Below the pieces are notes generated by a model. The model was not told where the DNA came from. It searched no databases and saw only the letters and a program-made list of their open reading frames with translations. This document shows positions 38,360 to 47,486 of a stretch of DNA of 64,000 bases, piece by piece. The position numbers were made by a program, and so were the translations under genes. Each line of letters starts with the position of its first letter. The stretch's first letter is position 1. Source of the stretch: an uncultured Bifidobacteriaceae bacterium (GTDB lineage: Bacteria > Acidobacteriota > Vicinamibacteria > Vicinamibacterales > UBA2999); assembly GCA_964535675.1 (NCBI GenBank), contig CAZHTD010000009.1, positions 469-64,468 of the forward strand, given 5' to 3'.

Positions 38360-38639
38360 CCACGCCTCCTCAAGCCTCTTCCGTCCACTTCCGCTATCCA
38401 AGAATACTGCCTTCGGGCCAACAAACAGCAATCACTCCTGAGGACCCGGACACCCGTGCAAGCGGGAACATTCCCAACGGAGAAGCGAACTACCCCCCCA
38501 ACTGGCCTCCCGGCAGGACGACCTCGATCAGGATCGACTCGATTGATCACGGGCTCTACACCTGGTCCGATGGCGATGGGCAACCACCGCCCCGGTGGGC
38601 GGCCAGGGTCGATGTGGGTGGCCAGGGTGGACCTGCCGC

Positions 38640-38790
38640 GAAACGCGGGCCATTCGTGCTACGAACAACTGAACCGTGTGTTTGACGAGGCGGACTGCGA
38701 CGCCTTTGTCGAGGAGCGGTGTGCGAAGTTCTACGTCGATGGGTTGACCGTCCGCGTCTGGCACCGGGCCGACCCGACCTGGATCGACCC
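38640..38790 (+). mobile_element. short IS5/IS1182-type transposase N-terminal fragment
   Basis: HSCYEQLNRVFDEADCDAFVEERCAKFY then, shifted, DRPRLAPGR, resembling HPFYxxLNxxLxxxxFDxFVExxCxxFY..GRPSLAPG. Confidence 0.45.
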
Positions 38791-38853
38791 CCACGCACCA
38801 AACTACCAACCAGTATTCCCCACCCTACGTGCAGGCAGTTCTGCCACGGGCCA

Positions 38854-39282
38854 CTAGATCAGCCGGGAGCGGATCTCAGGCGGCGGGTTCTCGCAGGTGT
38901 TGGACCGACCCGCCAGCCGATGGCGCAGGGCCGCCACCACGCGGTAGACGACGTCCCGCACAGGCGGGGGCACTGCGAGGGCGATCGCCGCAGCCCGCCA
39001 GGGCAGCGGCAACCGCCGCGCGATGCGTAACGACGCAGTCGACCGGAGGTAGACCTGGCCGTCCTCAATTAGGACGATGCTCCGCGCCTGTTCGCGGCCC
39101 ACGCCGTGCCGGGCCAGCAGCGCCGCACCCTCCGACGACTGCGATGTCCCGAACCGGAAGTAGCCCTCCGGGTCGCGACGGGCCACGAAAGTCACAGCAC
39201 CCTCACAGAAAGCGCACGTCCCGTCGAAGAGCACGATGCCGCCTATCGGTCGATCAATGTCGGTCATGAGTGTACGAGCCAC
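38854..39282 (-). CDS. thiol-disulfide oxidoreductase DCC family protein (DUF393)
   Basis: VLFDGTCAFCEGAVTFVARRDPEGYFRF. Confidence 0.8.
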   Translation of the reverse strand: MARTLMTDIDRPIGGIVLFDGTCAFCEGAVTFVARRDPEGYFRFGTSQSSEGAALLARHGVGREQARSIVLIEDGQVYLRSTASLRIARRLPLPWRAAAIALAVPPPVRDVVYRVVAALRHRLAGRSNTCENPPPEIRSRLI

Positions 39283-39357
39283 GCGACCGTCTCAGCCATT
39301 GTCCCGCCGCGACGGCCGAGCCACCGTCACGAGTATAGTCGAGTGCAGGCCGTCCCT

Positions 39358-40233
39358 ATGCCACACCTTCCGCCGCCTGCCTTTGACTCCATCGACGTGC
39401 GGCGCTATTACGACCGGCACACGCGTGGCTTCCTCGCCTTTGGCGAGGGCGGGCGCCTCGGTGCCATCCGACGGGCTGTCTGGGCGCCCGGCGTCTCGTC
39501 ATCCGACGGAGCGTTCCATTTCGTCGATGACCTCGTCGCCGACGCCATCGTGTCACGGCCGGATCCCCCTGCGGCGCCGCATGTCGTCGATCTGGGCTGT
39601 GGTGTGGGTGGGAGCCTCCTGCGGCTGACCACGCGCGTTTCACGAGCACGTGGCACCGGTGTCACCCTCAGCCGGCTGCAGGCACGCCTAGCGGCGCAGC
39701 GGTTCGACGAAGCGGGCGCAGGCGCACGGGTCACGTGCCTCATCGCCAACTTCGAGGCCCTCCCGATCGCTGCCGCCTCGGCTGACGCCGTTTGTGCCAT
39801 CGAGTCGTTCGCCCACGCGCAGGACCCCGCGCGATTCTTCGTCGAGGCTGCCCGCGCCCTCCGGCCAGGCGGTCTCCTGGCCGTATGCGATGACTTCCTG
39901 CGTCCGTCCCGCGAGCGGGCGGCCGAGCGATGGGTGGATCTCCTCCGGCGCAGCTGGCGACTCAACACCCTCATCACCACCGACGCGGCCATCGGCGCAG
40001 CCGCCCGCGCCGGGTTGTCACATCGCTCGACGACCACGCTCACACCCTGGCTCAACGTCGACCGGCTGCGTGACCGCGTGCTCGCGGTGCTCGCCCATGC
40101 GCTCGGCTGGCTACCGTCAGCGTCCGATCGATTCGGTCATTTGGTCGGCGGCAATGCGCTGCGCCGCTGTCTGGCGGGAGGCTGGATCGGCTACGACCTA
40201 CTCTTGTTCGAGCGCGGCCCGGAGCGGCCATAA
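39358..40233 (+). CDS. class I SAM-dependent methyltransferase
   Basis: HVVDLGCGVGGS motif I, LRPGGLLAV post-II. ATG at 39358. Confidence 0.7.
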   Translation: MPHLPPPAFDSIDVRRYYDRHTRGFLAFGEGGRLGAIRRAVWAPGVSSSDGAFHFVDDLVADAIVSRPDPPAAPHVVDLGCGVGGSLLRLTTRVSRARGTGVTLSRLQARLAAQRFDEAGAGARVTCLIANFEALPIAAASADAVCAIESFAHAQDPARFFVEAARALRPGGLLAVCDDFLRPSRERAAERWVDLLRRSWRLNTLITTDAAIGAAARAGLSHRSTTTLTPWLNVDRLRDRVLAVLAHALGWLPSASDRFGHLVGGNALRRCLAGGWIGYDLLLFERGPERP

Positions 40234-40284
40234 TCCGCTACGACCATATCGTCTGAGCCCAGTGGAATCACCTATGATCAGGAG

Positions 40285-41310
40285 GTGGAGCAGTGGGCTA
40301 CGCGCTGGCTCGGCGCCCTGATGGCTGGCGCCGCGGTTGTCATCGTCGTCGCGGGACTGCGGGCGGCCGTGACCCTGGTCATCCCTGTACTCCTTGCCGG
40401 TTTCCTGGCCGCCGTCCTTTACCCTTTCGTCCGATGGCTCCAACAGTGGCGCGTTCCCCGCTGGATCGCGGTGATCCTGACGATCCTCATGGTGTTGGCA
40501 GCGTTCTCGGGCCCCGGGCTCGTCGTCCAGGACGCCGCGCAGCAGTTCGCTGCCGCGGCGCCGCAGTACCGGGCTGACTTCCAGCGCAACGTCGCCCCCC
40601 TGCTCGCGCGCATCCAGCTGCTCGGCTATCCCGAGTTCGACTGGCGAACGGTCTTGGATCCCGGCGCAGCGCTGGATCTCGTTCGCACGCTCTCGGCCGG
40701 CGTTGCTGGGTTGCTCGGCAACACGTTCGTCATCCTCATCACTACCGCGTTCATGCTGCTCGAGGCCGGGCACTTCCGCCAGCGCCTCCGTCGTGCCTTC
40801 GGCTTCAAGGCCGGCCAGCTCGCCGCCCTCGACGAGGCGCTGGCCGACGTGCAGCACTATCTTCGTATCAAGACCCTCATCAGCCTCGCGACCGGTGTCG
40901 GGATCATGCTGTGGCTGATCGTCCTGGGGGTCGAGTACCCGATGCTCTGGGGTTTGCTGGCCTTCCTGCTCAACTTCATTCCGAACTTCGGCTCCCTGCT
41001 GGCGGCGTTTCCCCCGGCGCTACTGGTGCTCGTGCAGAACGGACCCGACGGGGTCTTCTTCCTCGTCATCCTGGGCTATGTGGCGGTCAACGTCGTGGTC
41101 GGTAGCATCCTGGAACCTCGCATCATGGGGCAGAGCCTTGGCTTGTCCCCCGTGGTCGTCCTGCTGTCGCTGCTCTTCTGGGGCTGGGTCTGGGGTGGCG
41201 TAGGGCTCCTTCTAGCCATACCCCTGACCATGGTGGCCAAGCTCCTCCTGGAGCACTCCGAAGGGCGCTGGCTCGCATCACTCCTCGGGCCGGCCGCCCC
41301 GCGTGCGTGA
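40285..41310 (+). CDS. AI-2E family transporter (PerM/UPF0118)
   Basis: 8-TM pattern and C-terminal NVVVGSILEPRIMGQSLGLSPVVVLLSLLFWGWVWGGVGLLLAIPL. The start is uncertain (40285 or ATG 40321). Confidence 0.85.
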   Translation: MEQWATRWLGALMAGAAVVIVVAGLRAAVTLVIPVLLAGFLAAVLYPFVRWLQQWRVPRWIAVILTILMVLAAFSGPGLVVQDAAQQFAAAAPQYRADFQRNVAPLLARIQLLGYPEFDWRTVLDPGAALDLVRTLSAGVAGLLGNTFVILITTAFMLLEAGHFRQRLRRAFGFKAGQLAALDEALADVQHYLRIKTLISLATGVGIMLWLIVLGVEYPMLWGLLAFLLNFIPNFGSLLAAFPPALLVLVQNGPDGVFFLVILGYVAVNVVVGSILEPRIMGQSLGLSPVVVLLSLLFWGWVWGGVGLLLAIPLTMVAKLLLEHSEGRWLASLLGPAAPRA

Positions 41311-41324
41311 CGCACGCCGGCCGG
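41290..41324 (+). terminator. GC-rich stem-loop enclosing the AI-2E stop codon
   Basis: CCGGCCG-cccc-GCGTGCG-TGA-CGCACGC-CGGCCGG (7+7 bp stem, TGA in the loop). No U-tract. Confidence 0.35.
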
Positions 41325-41526
41325 CCGGCGCACTGGTCAATAGCCCGTGATCATCACCCGTCGAACCCTTGGACTGGCCCGTCAAGCTCACCTTCCTGGT
41401 CGAACACCCGGGCCATGGTCCAGCCCCCCCTCGGGGAGATCCGTGAGGGTCTGCGACGTACTGTCTCCGGACATGGAGATAGAGCTGTTGAGCACGGGCC
41501 CGTCGCACAGGTTCATAGCGCGAGGA

Positions 41527-41539
41527 ATAAGGCCCTTAT
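41527..41539. repeat. 13-bp palindrome ATAAGG-C-CCTTAT in a local GC dip
   Basis: Perfect 6-bp arms, 10 nt upstream of a minus-strand ATG (41516). Confidence 0.5.
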
Positions 41540-42097
41540 GGAGGGGTGGCGACCTGATCGTGCCAGCCCCGGTTCAGCGGTGTTCGTCGACACCCGGGGT
41601 GGAGGCCAGCGATCTCACCCGCGAGGACGACTCACCCACTGTCCCGTGGTCCCGATGGTGGTGGCCAACGGCCCTGACTCCCACGTTCTCGGGCGGCATC
41701 GACCGGAAGTTCCAGCAGCGCAGGCGCAGACGTTCGCGAGACCGGCGACCTATCACAGCGTCGTCCAGACCCCGCCGGGCCGCACGTCGAGACAGGTCAG
41801 CGGCGCCGTACAGCCCATCATCGGCACGCACATGGCAGACCCACGGAGACCGCTAAGAGGCGCCCGCCGCGAGTTCCCGCTGCGCTTCGCTGCTGCCGGA
41901 CCTCAGCGCCCCGGTCGCGCCGAGCCACGAGCGCAAGCCGACCCAGTACCGCGTCAGCTACCTCCGCTCCACCGACGCGGCCCTGCCGCAGCTGCCGATT
42001 CGGCGCTGCCCTCCTTCGCGAGGGCCTGGAGGGCGAACTCAGCTTCAACGGGCCCCTGCCTGACGGCTGGCCCGGGGTTCTGTGGCATCCTTGACCC

Positions 42098-42301
42098 ATG
42101 AGCTTCTGCGAACACTGCCAAGGCCAGCGCTTCGATCGGGCCCAAGTGCTCCGGACGATCCGTCAGATCCGTGAAGAGTTGCGTCATTCGCAGCCGGATC
42201 CGGCTGTTGACCGCGCACTCGCTTTGACGCTGCACACCGTGCGCGCCCTCGAGATTCCGCACCTCGAGCCAGAAGAGAGCGAGGATCCCGTCGTCCACTG
42301 A
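42098..42301 (+). CDS. hypothetical 67-aa CxxC protein
   Basis: MSFCEHCQGQRF..., moderately elevated GC3, same strand as the downstream MscS gene. Confidence 0.35.
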   Translation: MSFCEHCQGQRFDRAQVLRTIRQIREELRHSQPDPAVDRALALTLHTVRALEIPHLEPEESEDPVVH

Positions 42302-42368
42302 TCTGCCCGCGGCTCGTGGCTGCCGTGGGAGGCTCGCCAGCGCAGGTCGCCGCCTCCTCCAGCGTCTC

Positions 42369-42533
42369 GTGTCCATCGCCGTCGGAGTGACGCTGCTGCG
42401 ACTGAACGGCCTCGTCGGGGGTCTGCTGGGCGATCTCGCGGCGCCGCTCACGCCCGAGACGATCACCATCGGCTTCGCCCGCGCGCTGGCCGTCGCCGTC
42501 GGGCTCTGGCTCATCTACCGCGGCCTGCGCTGA
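42369..42533 (+). CDS. possible 54-aa two-helix membrane protein
   Basis: VSIAVGVTLLRLNGLVGGLLGDL...GFARALAVAVGLWLIYRGLR. Very high GC3, ends 30 nt before the MscS start. Below the ORF-track size cutoff. Confidence 0.35.
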   Translation: MSIAVGVTLLRLNGLVGGLLGDLAAPLTPETITIGFARALAVAVGLWLIYRGLR

Positions 42534-42563
42534 TCGACGCCGGCCGCCCGTTCGGAGGAACGG

Positions 42564-43697
42564 ATGAACGTCTCGGACCTCGTAGACACCATCTCCGTGT
42601 GGATGACCGAGTTCGCATGGGCCGTGCAACTGTTTGTCGTCGTCCTCGCAGCGCTCGTGGCCGGCACGATCGCGCGGCGCGTCGTGCTGCACCTGCGCGA
42701 GCGAACGAGAGAGACGCACAACGTGGTCGACGACGCGCTGCTCGAGGCGCTGATCGGGCCCACGCGGGGCATGATCCTCGTCATCGGCCTCTCGTGGGCC
42801 GCGTACATTGCCGGGCAAGAGACCGACGCCGCGATCTTTGACGCCGTGCCCGCCATGCGCGACCTACTGGTCGTCACCATGCTCACGTGGTTCCTGCTGC
42901 GGCTCGCCGGCAGCTACGAGAGTCACTACGTCGCCGACCAGGACGCGAAAGGCGGCGAGATTGACCGCACGTTCGTCCATGCGGTCGGCAAGCTCGTCCG
43001 CGCGTCGATTGTCATCACGGCAAGCCTAGTCGTCCTCCAGACCCTAGGCATCAGCATCGCGGGGCTGCTTGCCTTCGGCGGCATGGGGGGAATCGCGGTC
43101 GGTTTGGCCGCACAGGATCTACTGGCCAACATCTTCGGCGGGGTGACGATATACCTGGATCGGCCGTTCGCCGTCGGCGATTGGATTCGGTCACCCGACC
43201 AGGAGATCGAGGGCACGGTCGAGGAAATCGGCTGGCGGCGAACCGTGATCCGCACGTTCGACAAGCGGCCACTCTACGTACCGAATTCGGTCTTCACTAC
43301 GATTTCGGTGGAGAACCCGGCGCGCATGCTCAACCGCCGGATCAAGGAAACGATCGGCGTGCGCTACAACGACGTCGCCAAGATGCCCCTGATCCTCGCC
43401 GATGTCCGCCGCTACCTCGAGACGAGCCCGCGAATCGACCAGTCCGTGACGCTGATGGTCAACTTCAACTCCTTCGGGGCATCGTCGCTCGACTTCTTCA
43501 TCTACTGCTTCACCCGGACGACGGTCTGGACCGAATTCCATGTGGTGAAGGAGGAGGTGTTGTTGCACATCGTTGACATCATCGCAGGGCATGGCGCCGA
43601 GATCGCCTTTCCAACGAGGACGCTGTACCACGTCCCGTCGATGCCCAAGCTCGAGCCACGCTCGGAGTCCAGCCCGACTCCGGCCGACGCGCGCTGA
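42564..43697 (+). CDS. mechanosensitive ion channel family protein (MscS-like)
   Basis: GGAGGA SD. LLANIFGGVTIYLDRPFAVGDWI, GTVEEIGWRRTVIRTFD. Confidence 0.9.
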   Translation: MNVSDLVDTISVWMTEFAWAVQLFVVVLAALVAGTIARRVVLHLRERTRETHNVVDDALLEALIGPTRGMILVIGLSWAAYIAGQETDAAIFDAVPAMRDLLVVTMLTWFLLRLAGSYESHYVADQDAKGGEIDRTFVHAVGKLVRASIVITASLVVLQTLGISIAGLLAFGGMGGIAVGLAAQDLLANIFGGVTIYLDRPFAVGDWIRSPDQEIEGTVEEIGWRRTVIRTFDKRPLYVPNSVFTTISVENPARMLNRRIKETIGVRYNDVAKMPLILADVRRYLETSPRIDQSVTLMVNFNSFGASSLDFFIYCFTRTTVWTEFHVVKEEVLLHIVDIIAGHGAEIAFPTRTLYHVPSMPKLEPRSESSPTPADAR

Positions 43698-44151
43698 CAG
43701 GGCGCGTGTTGGTGAGCTACAGGAGACCGACGCGCGCGGTCAACGCGTTCCAGAATCGTTGATCGCCCGGGTGACGCTCCAGGCCGTCGGCGAGCGCGGC
43801 TGCCCGGGTGTAGCGAGTGTCAGCCGAGTCCGGTGCCAACACCAGCGCCCGCTCGTTGTGTGGGGAGCAGCCGTGATGGTCCGCACCGTACTGCTCCGCG
43901 TCTGGCAGCAGTACGAGGCGAAGATCGCGGCGCTGGAGCGACTCGGCGGCCGTCTGGAACTGGAGCTCGAGGTCCGGGGCTCAGAAAAAGCGCAGCGTCA
44001 CCGGGACGTGTGCGTACAATTGTCAGTGCCGACCCCGTGGTAACTTTCCGATCCCGCAAACATCCATCGGATTGGATCACTCGCCATGGTTCACGGCGAG
44101 GCACCCCCAACTCCGACGCAGATAGGATCGTGAGTTCGTGGAGGCATCAAA

Positions 44152-45297
44152 GTGACCAACTTGTTCCGGAATTCGATCGTGCTCGCCGTGGCGCTTGTCA
44201 CTACCATCGCTGCCCAAAGCGACCTAGCGGACCGCGCGCAGGCACTGCACGAGGCCGTCCCGCTGATCGACGGCCACAACGACTATCCTTGGGCGCTGCG
44301 TCAAGCGAGCGCAAGCCGAGACCTCTCGGAGCTCGACATCGCCGTGCCGCAGCCGGGCATCATGACCGACATCCCGCGCCTCCGCGCGGGCGGCGTGGGC
44401 GGTCAGTTCTGGTCGGTCTACGTACCAGCCAACATGCGGGGCCAGGAAGCGGTGCGCGCGACGCTGGAGCAAGTCGACATCGTTCACCGCATGATGGACA
44501 CCTACCCCGACACGTTCGGTTTCGCCTTGACGGCTGGTGACGTCGAGCGCGTGTTCGGCGACGGCCGCATCGCGTCGCTCATCGGCATGGAGGGCGGGCA
44601 CGCGATCGACAACTCCCTCGCAACGCTGCGGATGTTCCACCGTCTGGGCGCACGCTACATGACGCTCACGCACAGCGCCACACTCGACTGGGCCGACTCG
44701 GCCACCGACGAGGCGCGCCACGGCGGGCTCACCGCGTTCGGCGAGGAGGTGGTGCGCGAGATGAACCGTCTGGGAATGCTTGTCGATCTGAGCCACACTT
44801 CTTCGGACACGATGGACGATGCGCTACGCGTGTCAGCGGCCCCGGTGGTTTTCTCACACTCGAGCGCGCGTGGCGTGCTCGACCACCCCCGCAACGTGCC
44901 GGATGATATCTTGCGCCGCCTGCCGGGCAACGGCGGCGTCGTGCTGGTGACCTTTGTGCCCGACTACCTTACCGATGCGGATGAGGCCACGGTCGCTGAC
45001 ATCGTCGACCACATGGACCACATCCGCCGCGTGGCCGGGCCCGACCATGTCGGCATCGGGGGCGATTACGACGGCATCGACGTGGCGCCGTCGGGGATGG
45101 AGGACGTCTCCACGTACCCTCGGCTCACCACCGAGCTGCTGCGGCGGAACTGGCCCGATGACGACGTGCGTAAGGCCCTCGGGCTGAACGTCCTGCGCGT
45201 TCTGCGCGAGGCCGAGGCAGTGGCAGCACGCCTGCAGCAGGAGCGCGGCCCATCGACCGCCACCATCGAGGCGCTCGATGGCCGGACGGCGCCCTGA
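44152..45297 (+). CDS. membrane dipeptidase (peptidase M19)
   Basis: Signal peptide, VPLIDGHNDYPWALR, DLSHTS, FSHSSAR. GTG start with a GGAGG SD. Confidence 0.9.
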   Translation: MTNLFRNSIVLAVALVTTIAAQSDLADRAQALHEAVPLIDGHNDYPWALRQASASRDLSELDIAVPQPGIMTDIPRLRAGGVGGQFWSVYVPANMRGQEAVRATLEQVDIVHRMMDTYPDTFGFALTAGDVERVFGDGRIASLIGMEGGHAIDNSLATLRMFHRLGARYMTLTHSATLDWADSATDEARHGGLTAFGEEVVREMNRLGMLVDLSHTSSDTMDDALRVSAAPVVFSHSSARGVLDHPRNVPDDILRRLPGNGGVVLVTFVPDYLTDADEATVADIVDHMDHIRRVAGPDHVGIGGDYDGIDVAPSGMEDVSTYPRLTTELLRRNWPDDDVRKALGLNVLRVLREAEAVAARLQQERGPSTATIEALDGRTAP

Positions 45298-45684
45298 GGC
45301 GAAGCACACATTGGGCGACCACGAGCTGTACGCTGCCGTCAGCGGGAAAGGATTCCGCCTGATCGCGGCCTTCTACCGCCAGATCCCCGGCGACGGCATC
45401 TTCGGCCGATGTACCTGGCAGACGAACTGGCCGGCACCGAGCAGCACCTGCGCAACTTCCTGGTCGGGCGCTTCGGCGGGCCACTGCGCTACTTTGAGGA
45501 GTGTGCCCATCCGCAGCAGCCCCGGATGCACCAATCACTTCCTAGGCACAGGATTCTTGGGTCACGCCAAATGGTTCGTGCGCTCGACGAAGCCGACCTG
45601 CCGCCCGACGCCGACGCCCTACTCCGCGAGTTCTTCGGAGCAGTCGCGTCGTCTCTGATCAACACGCCGCATCGCTGGCACTGA
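45278..45684 (+). pseudogene. group II truncated haemoglobin (GlbO-like) with a frameshift near 45380-45385
   Basis: Frame A: LYAAVSGKGFRLIAAFYRQ. Frame B: DPRRRHLRPMYLADELAGTEQHLRNFLVGRFGGPLRYFEECAHPQQPRMH...MVRALDEADLPPD. The distal region also looks shortened. Confidence 0.65.
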
Positions 45685-45685
45685 A

Positions 45686-47473
45686 CTAGAAGCCGGCAGC
45701 CACCCCACCCCGCCGGGGATCTGAGTAGCCACGGAGCGTGCCGTCAGGCAGGACGCGGATCGCTTGGACGTCACCGGACAGCCCACCAGAGAGATACGCG
45801 TCCGGCAGTCCCGGAGTGCGCTCGGCCATTCGGTGTCCGCGTGCTTCGAGCGCGGCCACCGTGCTTGAATCGAGGCCCCCGTACTCGAACACGATCTCGT
45901 CGGGCAGGTGCTGGTGGTGCACGCGTGGGGCATTAACCGCAGCCCCCAGCGGCATCCCATAGTCGATGACGTTCGACAGAACCTGGAACACCGTCGTGAT
46001 GATCGTGGGCCCGCCGGGAGATCCGAGGACGAGTGCCAGCCGTCCCTCTGGATCGAGCACGATGGTCGGCGTCATGGCCGACAGCATACGCTTGCCCGGC
46101 GCAACGGCGTTGGCCTCGCCCTGCACCAGGCCGAACTGATTTGGCGTGCCAGGCCGTGCCGCGAAGTCGTCCATCTCGTTGTTGAGCAGGAACCCTGCCC
46201 CGGTGACGGTGACCTTGCTGCCATACCATGAGTTGATCGTCGTGGTCAGGGCCACGGCGCCACCCTCACTGTCCACGATAGAGACGTGCGTCGTCTCGGT
46301 GCCCTCGCGCACCGGCCCGAGGCCCGGCCCGACACGTGTTGAGGGTGTCGCGACATCGAGGCGCACGTCGGCGAGACGCGCCAGTGCGTACTCTAGGGAC
46401 AAGAGCCGGTCCAACGGCATCGCCACGAACGCCGAATCGCCCAGGTAGGTGTTCCGATCGGCAAACGCCCGGCGCCACACTTCGACCATCAGGTGAATCG
46501 ACGCCGGCGTATGCCACCCCAAGGCGGCCAAGTCGTAGCGGTCGAGCATGTGCACGATCTCTGCCAGCGTCACGCCGCCCGACGAGGACGGTGGCATCGA
46601 GTAAAGGGTGTAGCCCCGGTACGTCGCTTCGATCGGATCCTGCCAGACGGCCCGATACGCCCGCAGACTCGCGGATCCAACGATGCCGCCGCCACGCGCC
46701 ATTTCCTCAACAATCAGGGCTGCAGTCTCGCCGGCATAGAAGCCGTCGGGCCCGCCGCTCTGGATGCGCTCGAGCGTCGCGCGCAGGTCCGGCTGCGAGA
46801 AGACGTCGCCCTCGGCGGGCGGCCGACCCCCGGGGAGGAACGTCGCGGCCGAGCCCCCGAAGCGCGCTAATTCCGGTGCCGCGTCGGCCAGTGACGCCGC
46901 CAGCCGCTCGCCCACGACGAAGCCATCCGCCAAGTCGACCGCCGGCGCCACGAGGTCGGCCCACGGCAACGTGCCGTACCGCTGATGAGCCTCCCAGAGG
47001 CCCATCACGGTGCCCGGGACGCCGACCGCGAGGTGCCCCACCACGGACCGGTCGGTCAATTCGCCTACCCCGCCGAGGAACATGTCGCGGGTGGCATCGC
47101 GTGGTGCCTGCTCGCGGAAGTCGAGCGCGGCCATCTCACCGTCGGGCAGCCGAATCACCATAAAGCCGCCGCCCCCCAAGTTGCCAGCCTCTGGGTTGAC
47201 CACCGCCAGGGCGAAGGCCGTTGCAACGGCGGCATCCACCGCGTTGGCACCGCCAGCCAGCACATCGCGGCCAACCGCCGAAGCCAGAGCATCGGTGGTG
47301 ACCACCATGCCCGTTTCGGCCCCGAGCGCGTTGACTGCCGTGGGATACGGCCAAGACTCGGGGAAGCGGTGGGCTTGCGCGACACGTGGGAACTCGACGC
47401 CGGCACACCCGACGGCCGCGAGCGCGGCGGTGGCGGCGAGTAATGTGCGGGCAAGGCCCCGACGGCCCGGCAT
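45686..47473 (-). CDS. ggt: gamma-glutamyltransferase
   Basis: Signal peptide, catalytic TTHVSIVDSEGGAVALTTTIN, SPGGPTIITTV. Confidence 0.93.
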   Translation of the reverse strand: MPGRRGLARTLLAATAALAAVGCAGVEFPRVAQAHRFPESWPYPTAVNALGAETGMVVTTDALASAVGRDVLAGGANAVDAAVATAFALAVVNPEAGNLGGGGFMVIRLPDGEMAALDFREQAPRDATRDMFLGGVGELTDRSVVGHLAVGVPGTVMGLWEAHQRYGTLPWADLVAPAVDLADGFVVGERLAASLADAAPELARFGGSAATFLPGGRPPAEGDVFSQPDLRATLERIQSGGPDGFYAGETAALIVEEMARGGGIVGSASLRAYRAVWQDPIEATYRGYTLYSMPPSSSGGVTLAEIVHMLDRYDLAALGWHTPASIHLMVEVWRRAFADRNTYLGDSAFVAMPLDRLLSLEYALARLADVRLDVATPSTRVGPGLGPVREGTETTHVSIVDSEGGAVALTTTINSWYGSKVTVTGAGFLLNNEMDDFAARPGTPNQFGLVQGEANAVAPGKRMLSAMTPTIVLDPEGRLALVLGSPGGPTIITTVFQVLSNVIDYGMPLGAAVNAPRVHHQHLPDEIVFEYGGLDSSTVAALEARGHRMAERTPGLPDAYLSGGLSGDVQAIRVLPDGTLRGYSDPRRGGVAAGF

Positions 47474-47486
47474 CAGCCTTTTCCGC

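Noticed and set aside
41560-41830. Possible PIN/VapC-like or HNH-like reading on the minus strand (LELPVDAARE..., GHHHRDHG).
   Set aside because: The similarity requires hopping between three frames and rests on a few residues. This is too weak to call.
41307-42101. 264-aa plus-strand ORF filling the gap after the AI-2E gene.
   Set aside because: Third-position GC is about equal to bulk composition, unlike all confident genes. The sequence is Pro/Arg-rich with no motif, and it overlaps better small-ORF candidates.
43719-43975. Start-less minus-strand frame ending ...ERALVLAPDSADTRYTRAAALADGLERHPGDQRFWNALTARVGLL in the MscS-dipeptidase spacer.
   Set aside because: It looks protein-like and may be another gene scrap. 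It has no recognisable family and no usable start, so it is not reported as a feature.
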